Counted from the first letter of the stretch, positions 27,548 through 38,438 are shown. The stretch: 64,000 bases of DNA from an uncultured Methylococcaceae bacterium (GCA_903930145.1 CAIYXP010000300.1:768-64767); one strand, 5' to 3'. Program-made: numbers and translations. Notes: generated by a model not told the origin, from the sequence alone.

Positions 27548-28816
27548 ATGAAACAGATTGCGGTGTTGTTTTCCGGGCAAGGTTCCCAATATGCGGGCAT
27601 GGGAAAACAATTACATGACCGTCATGACGGGGTCAAAAAACTATTTGCCTATGCGTCAGATATTCTGGGGATGGACATGGCGCGCCTGTGTTTTGAGGCG
27701 AAGATTGACGAACTCAGCCGCACAGAGAATACACAGCCCGCGCTGTTGCTATGCAGTGTGGCGGCGTACCGTAGCTTTCGGAGTGTTACTGGCCTAACGC
27801 CTGCTTACTTGGCCGGTCACAGCTTGGGCGAGTTAAGTGCCTTGGTCTGCGCCGGGGCGTTATCCTTTGAAGACGGCTTGCAACTCGCACGACTGCGCGG
27901 CTTGGCCATGTCTCGCTGCAGTGTCGCGGGGGGCATGGGTATGAGCGCGGTGACCAAGGTGGATCGCAGTGTCGTCGAGGAATTGCTGCCGACCATTGAT
28001 GGGTTCGGTTCGGAAATTGTGGCGGCCAACTTCAACGCTCCATCCCAAGTTGTGCTGTCAGGAACTTTGGCAGGGCTTGAGCGGGCCGGGGAGTCGTTGA
28101 AAAAGCTCGGGGCAAACATCATTCCATTGAAGGTCAGCGGCCCGTTCCATAGTCCCTACATGCGCCACGCCGCCGAAGAACTCGCCGCCGGCCTCGCCGC
28201 CGTTACAATCAACCCGTGCCAAATCCCCGTAGTGGCGAATGTCACGGCCCGTCCCCACGGGGACGGCGAGGCCATTGTTGATGCTTTGGTCCGCCAGCTG
28301 ACCTCGCCAGTACTATGGTCGGACACCTTGCAATATCTGCAAGGGCAGGGCGTTGAAGTGTACATCGAAGCTGGGCCGAGGGACGTGCTGAAGCGGTTGG
28401 TGCAGTCAAATATTCCTGATGCGTCGGCTTATGCTGTGGACACGCAAGGGGATGTGGAGTCCATCCAAGTGGCATTGTCCGCCGACATCCGGTCGGCAAA
28501 AGACTGGCCTGGTGTGGTCGCCAAATGCATGGCCATTGCCGTGTGCACCCCTAATAGCAATTGGAACGAGGCGGAATACCAGCAGGGCGTAATCGAGCCT
28601 TATCGGGAACTTAAGGCTTTGCAAGACCAACTTGAACAAATAATGGCCGACCCCGATTCAACTCAGGTCAAACGGGCTTTACAGCTTCTAAGCCGCATTT
28701 TTACCACGAAGGGGACTCCGCCGGAAGAAATGCGCATGCGCTATTTGCAACTTGCGGAGGGATTATTGGATAAGGCTCCCATTGGGGACTACCTCGCTGA
28801 TGTGTCAGCTAACTGA
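27548..28816 (+). CDS. Stand-alone (trans-acting) acyltransferase, FabD/FenF-like, with a C-terminal extension of about 120 aa
   Basis: FSGQGSQYAGMG, GHSLGELSA (Ser 27821-27823), R-x motif region, VSGPFHSPYM. The extension beyond the FabD core spans about 28450-28813. Confidence 0.92.
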   Translation: MKQIAVLFSGQGSQYAGMGKQLHDRHDGVKKLFAYASDILGMDMARLCFEAKIDELSRTENTQPALLLCSVAAYRSFRSVTGLTPAYLAGHSLGELSALVCAGALSFEDGLQLARLRGLAMSRCSVAGGMGMSAVTKVDRSVVEELLPTIDGFGSEIVAANFNAPSQVVLSGTLAGLERAGESLKKLGANIIPLKVSGPFHSPYMRHAAEELAAGLAAVTINPCQIPVVANVTARPHGDGEAIVDALVRQLTSPVLWSDTLQYLQGQGVEVYIEAGPRDVLKRLVQSNIPDASAYAVDTQGDVESIQVALSADIRSAKDWPGVVAKCMAIAVCTPNSNWNEAEYQQGVIEPYRELKALQDQLEQIMADPDSTQVKRALQLLSRIFTTKGTPPEEMRMRYLQLAEGLLDKAPIGDYLADVSAN

Positions 28817-28831
28817 TAGAGGAGTTTGGGC

Positions 28832-31800
28832 ATGACGGCGACCGATCTGGATATTTCGGAACTTGCTCTGGACGATTTGCTGGCTTTGGCGGATGGCGAG
28901 GAGGAAACCATTGACACTGCCTCAGGCGGCAGTCTGTCAAAGCGCATCGCGGTCATTGGCATGGCCGGCAGGATTGGTGGCTGCGAGAATCTTGACGCAT
29001 TTTGGCAAATGCTGCGCTCGGGCGGCAGTGCACTGACCGATTTGGACGAGGCGCGCAAAGCTGATTTGATGGAATTCCTCGATCTCAAAGGTGCACTCCC
29101 TTTGATTGAACCTAGCCATTATTTGCGGGCATCCTTTCTTAAGGAGATTGATAAATTCGACCATCAGTTTTTCGGCATGGCCAAGCAGGAAGCCGACCTG
29201 ACCGACCCCAACCAGCGCCTTTTCATCGAAACGGCTTGGACTGCCTTGGAGCAGGCTGGCTACGGCGGCGAGTCGATCAAGGGCTCGGCTACGGGGGTTT
29301 TTGTCGGGTTTAGCAGCGATTTTGGCGAAAGCTACCGGCGGTTGCTCGGCACCTTGGCACCGGACGCACCGGAAGTCGCGGTGGTCGGCAATATTCAATC
29401 CATCATTGCCAGCCGCATCGCTTACCATTTGGATTTGCGCGGCCCAAGCCTGCTGGTGGACACGGCATGCTCTTCGGGGCTTGTGGCGATGCACGTGGCT
29501 TGTCGCGCCTTGCGCAACGGGGACTGCGACATGGCTTTGGTTGGGGCTGTCAAGATTGACCTAGTTCCGGTTGCGGAAGTACCCGAGGCAGGTGTCGGCA
29601 TCAAGGACATACGCGATACCGCCGCCAGCGATGGCAGAACTCGGACGTTTGACGATGCCTGTGAAGGCACTTCTGCTGCGGAGGGCGTTATCGCCTTTAT
29701 TCTCAAGCCCTTGGACAAGGCCATTGGTGACGGCGACAGCATCCATGCAGTCATTTGCGGTAGTGCCGTCAACCAAGATGGTCGATCTGTCGGCATTACC
29801 GCGCCCAACTCCGCCGCGCAGGAGCAGTTGATCCTGAATGCCCTGCAAGATGCGGGCATACCGGCTGAAACTGTGTCCTACATTGAAGCCCACGGCACGG
29901 CCACTAGTCTTGGCGATCCCATTGAGGTTAACGGCATCCAGCGGGCTTTCAGGCGACATAGCCAGCATCGGCAATTCTGCGCCGTGGGCAGCGTGAAGAC
30001 CAACATCGGGCATATGGATAATGCGGCAGGGTTGGCAGGTGTGGCAAAGGTCATCCTCTCCATGCAGCATGGTGAGTTGCCTCCATCGCTGAATTTCAGC
30101 CGCCCTAATCGCAAGATTTCCTTCGAACATTCGCCTGTTTACGTGAACGACATACTCCGCCCGTGGCGAGTGGGCGAAAACCGCCTTCTGCGCGCCGGGG
30201 TCAATTCCTTCGGACTTAGCGGCACGAACTGCCATCTTATCTTGGAATCCACGCCCGCTGTGAAGGTTCGGGCGGCAGCCTCAACCGGGCCTTACTTGTT
30301 GCCCATCTCGGCTGGCAGCGAAACCGCCTTGCGCGAACTTGTTCGCGCCTACGCACAGTGGCTCGATGCTTACGACGGCTCGCTGGAGAACCTTTGTCAT
30401 ACCGCCGCCGTCGGACGTTTGCACCATACGCATCGGTTGGCCCTGGTTGTTGAAAGCTTGGATGGTCTTAGTCGATTGCTGGGCGAGTTTTTATCAGGGG
30501 AATCTCTGAACCCCGCTGTTGCTTTGGCGGGAAGCTTCCGCCTTGTCAGTGATAGGCAGGAACGGCGCAAACCTGGGGATGTCACAGAGTCTGACCGGGG
30601 GGAACTGAGTCGGCAGGCGGAGGCTTTATGCCTACGTTACAGAGAGGTGGATGTTGGCCGGAATTACGCATTATTGAGCGAAGCCATTGATTTGTATGTC
30701 CGGGGGGCCGATTTCCAATGGGGTCGATGGTATCAGGGAACTGCCCGCCGACGAATCCCCATTCCCACTTATCCATTCGCCCGCACCCGCTGCTGGGTCG
30801 AAACCACCAAAACCGCCCGACAGCTTGCCAGCCGCAACCCAATCGCCAAGCCCATCGCCCATCCTTTGGTAGATCGTTGTCTGGTCAAAACCCTTGGGTT
30901 CAGTGTTTACCAGTCAGTGCTAGGGGCTAGTTCCCATTGGGAACTAGCCGATCACAAAATCGGTGGCGTTTGCGTCCTGCCAGGCACTGCCTACGTGGAA
31001 ATGATCTTAGAAATCGCTGCTCAGATGCATGCTGCCAAGGACTCTGATCTTTGCATCGAACATTTGGTGTTCATCCGCCCCTTGATACTGGACGATCATG
31101 AACGCCGGGAAATTCACATTTTGGTCGAGGGGTTGGGTGAGACTTACAAGCTGCGCATCATCAGCCATTCTCCGACCGGAACTGACGAATGGGACGTTCA
31201 TGCAGAGTCCGTGATGAGGCCTAGCGCTAAGGCTCCCCGCCGGGTCATCGATATTAACGCTTTGCTGGCTCGGCTTCCGCTGCCCTTGGCATTTGCCCGT
31301 CAAGACGATGTGTCGCGTGGCTTGGACATAGGCGACCGATGGAACCTTTCGTTCCTCCAAGGTTGGGCTGGCGAGGCGGATAATGAATTTCTTGTTCATT
31401 TGGCACTTCCCGATGATTTTCGCGGAGAATCCCGGAACTACCACTATCATCCCGCCTTATTAGATACGGCGGTCAATGCCGTCAATCACCTGCTAGGCGA
31501 AGACAGCTTATACTTGCCGCTGTCTTACCGGCGGTTTGAGTGCTATGACGCGCTTCCCACCGAATGCTTTGTCTTGTTGCGGAAAAAAACCTCGGACCCA
31601 CACTCGGTCGAAAGCTTTAGTTTCGATATCGATCTGCTTGACAAGAACGGTTGTGTTCGAAGCAGTATTTTCGATTACACCGTCAAACGGGTTGCCGACA
31701 CCGGTCTTTTGCAACTGGCGGATGGGGTGGAGCCTTTCATGCACGAGGTGCGCTGGGTACAGACTCCGGCCTCGCCTAGTGCGGCGATTCCAGCCGATCC

Positions 31801-33631
31801 TATATGTTTCATTCGCCGCGATACCCCAGAGCAAGCCGCCATCGTGTCCGGGTTGCGGGAGCGGGGCGTACAGGTCGTCGAGCTCGTGCGCGCTGCTGCG
31901 CCTACCGCACCGGATGGCGATCCTTTAAACCATGACGGCTTAAACTATGAGCAGACTTTGGCAATGCTCGAAACCTCGCATTTTGCCGGCGTAATCTACG
32001 CCGTGCCGACACCACTGGCTGAAGAAGATGTCCCGGCTTCGGACACCAAACGGGACATGCATGATTTATTTGATTTCCTTAAGACATTCGTGGGCAAAAT
32101 GGCGCGTAGAGTAGAGTCGGTGCTAGTCCTTGTCCCTGGCGCTTTTTCCGTGCCGGGCCACGAACAGGTTCCTGCACCACAGTGCGCCGCCTTAGCGGCG
32201 ATGGTACGGGTCGCCGCCCTTGAGTTTCCTCATGTGCGTTTTCGTTGCCTTGACACTGATCGCCCGACCGACGGTTCGCTGTTGTTGGCGGAATTGGCAT
32301 CGGTTCTGCCGGACAGCCTGTCGGTCTACCGTGAAGGTGTGCGTTATGGCGAGTGCTTGCAATCCCTGCCCCCGGCAAAACCCGCTGAAATGTCTCTTGG
32401 AAATGATGGAGTTTATGTGATGACGGGTGGAACTGGGAGCCTATGCTTGGAACTGGCCGCTCATTGGGCCGACCGAGGACCAGTGAACCTTGCCTTGATC
32501 GGTTCGAAGCCACTGCCACCCCGCGAAACTTGGCAGGGGCTCGTGGAATCTGGGGGCGACGATAAATTGATCCGCCGCTTGAACAAGCTGATTGATTTGG
32601 AAGGGTCTGGAGCCAAAATCGAATACATTAGTGTGGATGTTGCTGATTTTTCAGCAATGCAGGGGGTTTTTCAGCATCTGCGTGAAGACTATGGCCAGAT
32701 CAACGGCGTGGTGCATGCGGCAGGGCGGGCAGGGGAGGGGTTTTTGATAAACAAAAGTCTGGAACGCTTCGATCAGGTAGTGAGCCCGAAAATCGACGGA
32801 GCGTGGATTCTGCACCAGCTCACCCTCGACGATCCGCTGGAGTTTTTTGTGATGTTTTCCTCCATTGCCACGGTGTTGCGCAATCCAGGGCAAAGCGATT
32901 ATACGGCTGCCAATGCCTACCTCGACTGCTTGGCCCAATTGCGCAGAAGCATGAATCTTCCCGCCCTTTCAATTTGTTGGCCCGCTTGGCGCGAGGTCGG
33001 CATGGCTCTTGACCATGATGCGGTGGACGAAGACGAATTGATCGCCCCCATTGCCACCTCCACCGCCTTGGCTTTGCTCGACACCGCTTTATCGGATGCC
33101 GTCGGGTTGCCGCCCGTACTCATCCTCGGTGCCATCAACCCCCGTGCGCCGCTGGCAGCGCTGGAGGATACGGGCTTGCAACTTTCCGGGCCCATCCGCC
33201 GTCGGCTTGGGCAGAATGCTCGATTGGCCTCGGCTTCGCAGTCCAGTGGCGTTAATCCTGGCGGGGAGGGCGTGGTGTTGAAAGGATTGGACGCGCCAGA
33301 CGACATCGACCATGCCGTGGGGAGGTTGTGGGGGAAGATTTTGGGTGTCCGTGAAGTTGATGTCGATGATGTGTTTTCCGACCTAGGCGGCAATTCAATC
33401 CTTACGACCCAGATGTACCGTGAATTCGAGATTCTGTATCCGGAGGCTATGGAACTGGCCGACCTCTTCACCCGTGTCACGATTCGTGAACAGGCCGATC
33501 ATATCCGTGCTGCACTGGGGCGCAACAAGCCCGCCCCGCACCCGGTGGAAGACGACATCGACAGGGTGTTGGCGATGCTTGCCAAGGGGGAAATGTCGGC
33601 AGAAGAAGCGCAGTCCATTTTGGGCGGTTAA
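28832..33631 (+). CDS. AT-less (trans-AT type) PKS module KS-DH-KR-ACP
   Basis: - KS: Cys 29468-29470 (DTACSSG), His 29891-29893 and 30011-30013. No AT motifs follow the KS.
- DH: HPL, HKIGGVCVLP (about 30860-31000) and LLDTAV.
- KR: GGTGSLCLE (about 32420), S...YTAAN.
- ACP: Ser 33395-33397.
- Start: the ATG at 28832 lies 8 nt after an AGGAG. Confidence 0.95.
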   Translation: MTATDLDISELALDDLLALADGEEETIDTASGGSLSKRIAVIGMAGRIGGCENLDAFWQMLRSGGSALTDLDEARKADLMEFLDLKGALPLIEPSHYLRASFLKEIDKFDHQFFGMAKQEADLTDPNQRLFIETAWTALEQAGYGGESIKGSATGVFVGFSSDFGESYRRLLGTLAPDAPEVAVVGNIQSIIASRIAYHLDLRGPSLLVDTACSSGLVAMHVACRALRNGDCDMALVGAVKIDLVPVAEVPEAGVGIKDIRDTAASDGRTRTFDDACEGTSAAEGVIAFILKPLDKAIGDGDSIHAVICGSAVNQDGRSVGITAPNSAAQEQLILNALQDAGIPAETVSYIEAHGTATSLGDPIEVNGIQRAFRRHSQHRQFCAVGSVKTNIGHMDNAAGLAGVAKVILSMQHGELPPSLNFSRPNRKISFEHSPVYVNDILRPWRVGENRLLRAGVNSFGLSGTNCHLILESTPAVKVRAAASTGPYLLPISAGSETALRELVRAYAQWLDAYDGSLENLCHTAAVGRLHHTHRLALVVESLDGLSRLLGEFLSGESLNPAVALAGSFRLVSDRQERRKPGDVTESDRGELSRQAEALCLRYREVDVGRNYALLSEAIDLYVRGADFQWGRWYQGTARRRIPIPTYPFARTRCWVETTKTARQLASRNPIAKPIAHPLVDRCLVKTLGFSVYQSVLGASSHWELADHKIGGVCVLPGTAYVEMILEIAAQMHAAKDSDLCIEHLVFIRPLILDDHERREIHILVEGLGETYKLRIISHSPTGTDEWDVHAESVMRPSAKAPRRVIDINALLARLPLPLAFARQDDVSRGLDIGDRWNLSFLQGWAGEADNEFLVHLALPDDFRGESRNYHYHPALLDTAVNAVNHLLGEDSLYLPLSYRRFECYDALPTECFVLLRKKTSDPHSVESFSFDIDLLDKNGCVRSSIFDYTVKRVADTGLLQLADGVEPFMHEVRWVQTPASPSAAIPADPICFIRRDTPEQAAIVSGLRERGVQVVELVRAAAPTAPDGDPLNHDGLNYEQTLAMLETSHFAGVIYAVPTPLAEEDVPASDTKRDMHDLFDFLKTFVGKMARRVESVLVLVPGAFSVPGHEQVPAPQCAALAAMVRVAALEFPHVRFRCLDTDRPTDGSLLLAELASVLPDSLSVYREGVRYGECLQSLPPAKPAEMSLGNDGVYVMTGGTGSLCLELAAHWADRGPVNLALIGSKPLPPRETWQGLVESGGDDKLIRRLNKLIDLEGSGAKIEYISVDVADFSAMQGVFQHLREDYGQINGVVHAAGRAGEGFLINKSLERFDQVVSPKIDGAWILHQLTLDDPLEFFVMFSSIATVLRNPGQSDYTAANAYLDCLAQLRRSMNLPALSICWPAWREVGMALDHDAVDEDELIAPIATSTALALLDTALSDAVGLPPVLILGAINPRAPLAALEDTGLQLSGPIRRRLGQNARLASASQSSGVNPGGEGVVLKGLDAPDDIDHAVGRLWGKILGVREVDVDDVFSDLGGNSILTTQMYREFEILYPEAMELADLFTRVTIREQADHIRAALGRNKPAPHPVEDDIDRVLAMLAKGEMSAEEAQSILGG

Positions 33632-33658
33632 GTCGGTACGAACAATAGCGAGACGAGC

Positions 33659-36600
33659 ATGGCATCCATCAAGAAATACATACTAGATCAAGTTGCAAAG
33701 CGCGCCCTCTCCCAAGACGAGGCCAAGCAATTCCTCACTGAATTGGCGGCTTCCGCCGAGTCGCGGGATGAAGACTTCGCCATCATCGGCATGGCGGGAC
33801 GCTTTCCTAGAGCGGAAAACGTCCAACAATTTTGGAACTTGCTGAGGCAGGGGGTCAATTGTATCCGTGATTACCCTGATGCTCGCCGCAAAGACATCGA
33901 GCCCATTTTGCGCAACCCGCATTATGCCGACTTCCTCATAGGTGATTCCTTCAGGCAGGAAGACATTCGCCATGTCCATAAGCCGGCCGGCTATCTGGAT
34001 GAGATCGATAAGTTCGATGCTGGCTTTTTCGGCATTCCGCCTGCGGAGGCGACTTACATGGACCCTTACCAGCGGTTGGCGCTGGAAGTCGCATGGGAGG
34101 CCATTGAGGACGCTGGCTATGGCGGCAAGCGTCTTTACGGTACGTCCACGGGTGTCTTCATCGGCAAGGATGCCACTAACTATTCCTTATACCGCTATTG
34201 TTCGACTCAAGATCCCATGCAGCTTACTGGTTCGTGGGAGAGTATCATTGCCAGCCGGATTTCCTACATATTCGATTTTAGGGGGCCTTGCCTGTTGGTG
34301 GACAGTGCCTGTTCGGCTGGTTTGGTTTCCGTCCACATGGCTTTGCAATCCCTGCAAAACGGTGAATGCGACACAGCCATCGCGGGCGGGATTAATCTTA
34401 GCGTGACTGGCGAACTGTCCAACCGTTATCAAGGCGGCATGAATATGGACTCCGTAGAATCGGAGGACAGCATTATCCGCACCTTCGACGGCAGGGCCAA
34501 TGGCACGGTCTGGGGCGAGGGCATCGGCTTGGTTGTTTTAAAGCGGCTCTCCAAAGCCTTGCAGGATCGTGACCATATTCATGCCGTCATCAAAGGCAGC
34601 GCCATCAATAACGACGGTGCGTCCAACGGGCTGACCGCGCCCAAGGCCGAAGCCCAAGAGGAAGTCATCGTCAGGGCTTGGCAAAAAGCGAGGATAGACC
34701 CGGAAACCTTGTCCTATGTGGAAGCACACGGCACTGGCACGGTGTTGGGCGACCCTATCGAGTTCAAGGGGCTAACCAGCGCCTTCCAACGCTACACCAA
34801 CAAGCGGCAGTTTTGCGCCATCGGCTCGTTAAAGACGAATATGGGGCATCTGGTGGCCGCGTCGGGGGTCGCGTCCCTGTTTAAGGTCGTCAAATCCCTG
34901 CAAGACAGGGAAATGGCCCCCACCATTAATTTCGGCAAGCCAAACCCTTACATCAATTTCCTTGGCAGCCCGTTGTATGTCAATGACACGATACGGCCTT
35001 GGGTCGCCGCGTCCGGCCCGCGACGGGCCGCACTCAGTTCCTTCGGTTTCAGCCACACCAATTGCCATATGGTGGTGGAGGAGGCACCGCCAAAAACCCG
35101 GGCCGCCCCCCGCAAAAAAGCTTACGCTTTAAGCCTGTCGGCCAAGACAGGCTCCGTTTTGGTCAATTATGTCGAGCGTTTGCGGGCCTTTTGCCAAGGC
35201 GAGGGCTGGAACTTGGCCGACTTGTGTTACACCAGCAATATTGGACGGGGTCATTATGCGCACCGGCTGGCCGTGGTGGCAAGTACGGAGCAAGAGCTTC
35301 GGAATTCTTTGACGGCGGCAGCGGAGTCCATCGGCGGCGGGCCGAAGCACGCTTTCGTGTTATATGGACAGCATCAGATCGTGAGTGATCGCAAAAAACT
35401 GAGGGAAGTCGGCGAGATCACCGACAAGGAAAAGAAGAACTTAACAAGTCTGGCTGGCTTCAAACTAGACAAATTCCTCGTTGAAGATGGGGATGCCGCC
35501 CAGTTGTTGGATCTATGCCAGCAATATGTGGAAGGGGCGGACATCGACTGGGAGCGATTTTATGCCGACGAGCCACGCCATCGCCTATCCATGCCCACTT
35601 ATCCGTTTCAGCGTGTGCGCGTATGGGCTGCGCCGAGGATTAGCCGGCTCACTGCCTTCGACCCCCGACTACACCCACTGATAGACCGCGTTGCCGAGCG
35701 ATCTGCCGACGGAAAAACAGTGTTTGAGTCGGTGTTTCAGGTTGAGAGCCATTGGGTGCTGTCCGACCACAAGATTAAAGGCAGATCTGTTGTGCCCGGC
35801 ACCACTTACCTTGAAATGGCCAGGTTTGCAGCCACATACCTGCAAGATTGGCAGGGTTTGGAGTTCCGCGATGTGTTTTTCCTAGTGCCTATGATGGTGG
35901 AAAACGACGAAAGCAGACGGGTGCGGGTTGTGCTTCGGGAAAGCGGTACCGGCTATGAATTTGAAATTGAAAGCGAGGGAACTGACGGAGCATGGATTCG
36001 GCATGTGGAGGGCAGAGTTGGTCCTTTGCACGAAGCCCCCGGCGAGAGGCTGGATATCCAAGCGCTCCAAGCACGGGCCGACGAGTCTATTGAGGATTAC
36101 AAGGGTGAGAGCGACACGGGCGTTTTTCAATTTGGACCCCATTGGGACGCAGTGCGGGCAGCGTGGCGGATCGGGGGTGATGCCATGGCTCGGCTGGTCT
36201 TGCCGGAAGGTCTGCGCCATGAGACTGACCAATTTCTTATCCACCCCTCAATGCTGGACAATGCGGTCAATCTCACCAGCCAAACCATGGGTGCGACATT
36301 TTTGCCCTTCATGTACAAATCCTACCGAGTCTACGCAGGCTTTACGCCGGAGATGCACACCTATCTGCGGCTTAAAACGCAGAAGCTCGGAGGGGAAACC
36401 CTGTCCTACGATGTCATCCTGACCGACGGTGCTGGCCGGGTGATTGGGGAAATCAACGATTATGTCGCCAAGAAGGTGCATAGCTTCGCCTTTGGCGAAT
36501 CCGAAGCCGACTTTGTGGGTGCGGAATGCTTGGGCGTGCGTTGGGTGTTGGCCAACCCCTCCGTGCCGGTCATTCCTACCATCGAAGGCTCCTTGGTGTT

Positions 36601-38422
36601 GATCGGTGCGGACGGTGATGCAGCCCTCTCCGGCCTAGCCGAGGGTTTTGCCATGCACGGTGTGGATTGCCACATCCTTCGCCTTGGGGATGCGAACAGC
36701 AGCAATGGCTTCCGCGCCGATGACCAAGGTTTGTTCGCGCTGGTGAATCATCCGTTCATAGGCGACGCGGCAGGCATCGTTTTCGCCACTGATTTTGCCG
36801 CAAGCGATGGAACCAGCGCGGGCTATCTGACGGATGCCGTGTCTTTTGCCGCAAGGCGCAGGCTGGGTGTGGACGCACTGTTCCGCCTTACCCAGGCCTT
36901 GTTGAATGCCAAGGCCAAACTCCCTTGGGGATTGTGTGTATTGACGGCTGATGCTTTTCATGTGGATGGTAGCGAGCCAACGGCGAACCCCTTGGGAGCC
37001 GTCAGCGCCGCACTAGGGGGAGTGATCGGCATGGAATACCGCCATTTGCCCTGCCGTGTGCTGGACGCTAGCCGCAACGAAGGGGGGGGCTCCCTGGCTT
37101 GGCATATTATGGCGGCAAAACCCGGGTTGCCAGTAGCGCTTCGTGGAGGAGATGTCTTCGTGCGGGAATTGCATACCCTTAAGCCAAATCAGGCGGCCCC
37201 CGTCACTTTCAAGGAAGATGGCGCTTATCTCATCACCGGCGGATTGGGCGGGCTTGGGCTTGCCACGGCTAGCTTCATTGCCAGCCGGGCCAAGGCGAAT
37301 GTCGTGCTGCTTGGCCGGTCTACACTTGCGCATCGGCAAGACTGGGAGTCCTTGGCCCTACAATCGACCGACCCGACCCAAGCGAAGCGCTATTCAACGC
37401 TACTGGAACTCGAGCAACGCCTAGGATCTATAACTTATGTGCAGGCCGATGTGGCAGACCACCAAGCCATGGCGGCGGCGGTGGCGACTATCATGGTAAG
37501 TCATGGTGGCATCAGGGGGGTTTTTCACTTGGCTGGCGTGGCTGGCGAGGGCTTTCTGATGCGCAAGGAATTTAGCCGCTTCGACGGGGTGTTAAGCCCC
37601 AAGTTAGACGGTAGCCGTAACCTGCTTGCCTTGATTCCCGCGCAGGGTTTGGATTTCTGTGTGCTTTATTCCTCTATCACTGCGCTCACTGGCGGCGAAG
37701 GCCAGGGAGATTATGCGGCAGCCAACTCGTTCCTAGACGCTTTGGCGGAGCATCGGGATCGTTTCGGAGGGAAATTGGTCTCCATTAACTGGCCCGGCTG
37801 GAAAGGGGTCGGCATGGCAGCGGACTTTGGCATCCGCGAGGAGGATATGCCTTTTACCCCTCTGTCCGCCGACGAGGCATTTGAACGGCTAGAACGGATT
37901 TTGGCGCAAGGATTGGCGCAGGCTTTGCCTTCCTCGCCCAACGGGGCGGTGTTGGCGGCAGTTCGGGGTGATTTGCCTTTCGTGTTCTCGGCCGAATTAG
38001 ATCGAAGGATTGGCGGTGGGCAGCCTGCCTTGCGCCCCGAAGTTGGAGAAGCCATTAGCGTGCAGATTCGCGGCAAAAGCGAGGATGATTTGACGGAAAC
38101 CGAATCCATCCTGTGTCAGGTCTACGCTGCCGTGTTGGGTCTGACCGAGATTGATGTCTACACAAATTTCCAAGACATGGGCGGTAACTCGATCATCGCC
38201 ACCCACTTGCTGCGGTTGATCGAAGAGAGTTTCCCCGGTTTGGCGGATATTTCAGATGTGTTCTCCTATCCCTCCATCGACGAGATGGCCACCCATATCG
38301 ACGAGAAGAGGGGGGGCAGTCGACCGGCAGCGGAAGCCAAACCGGCTACCGACTGGGAAGGGTTGGTCGATCAAGTGATGGACGGCACGGGCTCCATTGA
38401 TTCGCTGTTGGAAAAGCTGTGA
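33659..38422 (+). CDS. AT-less (trans-AT type) PKS module KS-DH-KR-ACP (paralogue of the preceding module)
   Basis: - KS: Cys 34310-34312 (DSACSAG), His 34727-34729 and 34847-34849.
- DH: HPLIDR, HKIKGRSVVP (about 35672-35800).
- KR: GGLGGLGLA (about 37235), S...YAAAN.
- ACP: Ser 38189-38191. Confidence 0.95.
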   Translation: MASIKKYILDQVAKRALSQDEAKQFLTELAASAESRDEDFAIIGMAGRFPRAENVQQFWNLLRQGVNCIRDYPDARRKDIEPILRNPHYADFLIGDSFRQEDIRHVHKPAGYLDEIDKFDAGFFGIPPAEATYMDPYQRLALEVAWEAIEDAGYGGKRLYGTSTGVFIGKDATNYSLYRYCSTQDPMQLTGSWESIIASRISYIFDFRGPCLLVDSACSAGLVSVHMALQSLQNGECDTAIAGGINLSVTGELSNRYQGGMNMDSVESEDSIIRTFDGRANGTVWGEGIGLVVLKRLSKALQDRDHIHAVIKGSAINNDGASNGLTAPKAEAQEEVIVRAWQKARIDPETLSYVEAHGTGTVLGDPIEFKGLTSAFQRYTNKRQFCAIGSLKTNMGHLVAASGVASLFKVVKSLQDREMAPTINFGKPNPYINFLGSPLYVNDTIRPWVAASGPRRAALSSFGFSHTNCHMVVEEAPPKTRAAPRKKAYALSLSAKTGSVLVNYVERLRAFCQGEGWNLADLCYTSNIGRGHYAHRLAVVASTEQELRNSLTAAAESIGGGPKHAFVLYGQHQIVSDRKKLREVGEITDKEKKNLTSLAGFKLDKFLVEDGDAAQLLDLCQQYVEGADIDWERFYADEPRHRLSMPTYPFQRVRVWAAPRISRLTAFDPRLHPLIDRVAERSADGKTVFESVFQVESHWVLSDHKIKGRSVVPGTTYLEMARFAATYLQDWQGLEFRDVFFLVPMMVENDESRRVRVVLRESGTGYEFEIESEGTDGAWIRHVEGRVGPLHEAPGERLDIQALQARADESIEDYKGESDTGVFQFGPHWDAVRAAWRIGGDAMARLVLPEGLRHETDQFLIHPSMLDNAVNLTSQTMGATFLPFMYKSYRVYAGFTPEMHTYLRLKTQKLGGETLSYDVILTDGAGRVIGEINDYVAKKVHSFAFGESEADFVGAECLGVRWVLANPSVPVIPTIEGSLVLIGADGDAALSGLAEGFAMHGVDCHILRLGDANSSNGFRADDQGLFALVNHPFIGDAAGIVFATDFAASDGTSAGYLTDAVSFAARRRLGVDALFRLTQALLNAKAKLPWGLCVLTADAFHVDGSEPTANPLGAVSAALGGVIGMEYRHLPCRVLDASRNEGGGSLAWHIMAAKPGLPVALRGGDVFVRELHTLKPNQAAPVTFKEDGAYLITGGLGGLGLATASFIASRAKANVVLLGRSTLAHRQDWESLALQSTDPTQAKRYSTLLELEQRLGSITYVQADVADHQAMAAAVATIMVSHGGIRGVFHLAGVAGEGFLMRKEFSRFDGVLSPKLDGSRNLLALIPAQGLDFCVLYSSITALTGGEGQGDYAAANSFLDALAEHRDRFGGKLVSINWPGWKGVGMAADFGIREEDMPFTPLSADEAFERLERILAQGLAQALPSSPNGAVLAAVRGDLPFVFSAELDRRIGGGQPALRPEVGEAISVQIRGKSEDDLTETESILCQVYAAVLGLTEIDVYTNFQDMGGNSIIATHLLRLIEESFPGLADISDVFSYPSIDEMATHIDEKRGGSRPAAEAKPATDWEGLVDQVMDGTGSIDSLLEKL

Positions 38423-38438
38423 AGGCCAAGCAAAGCAT

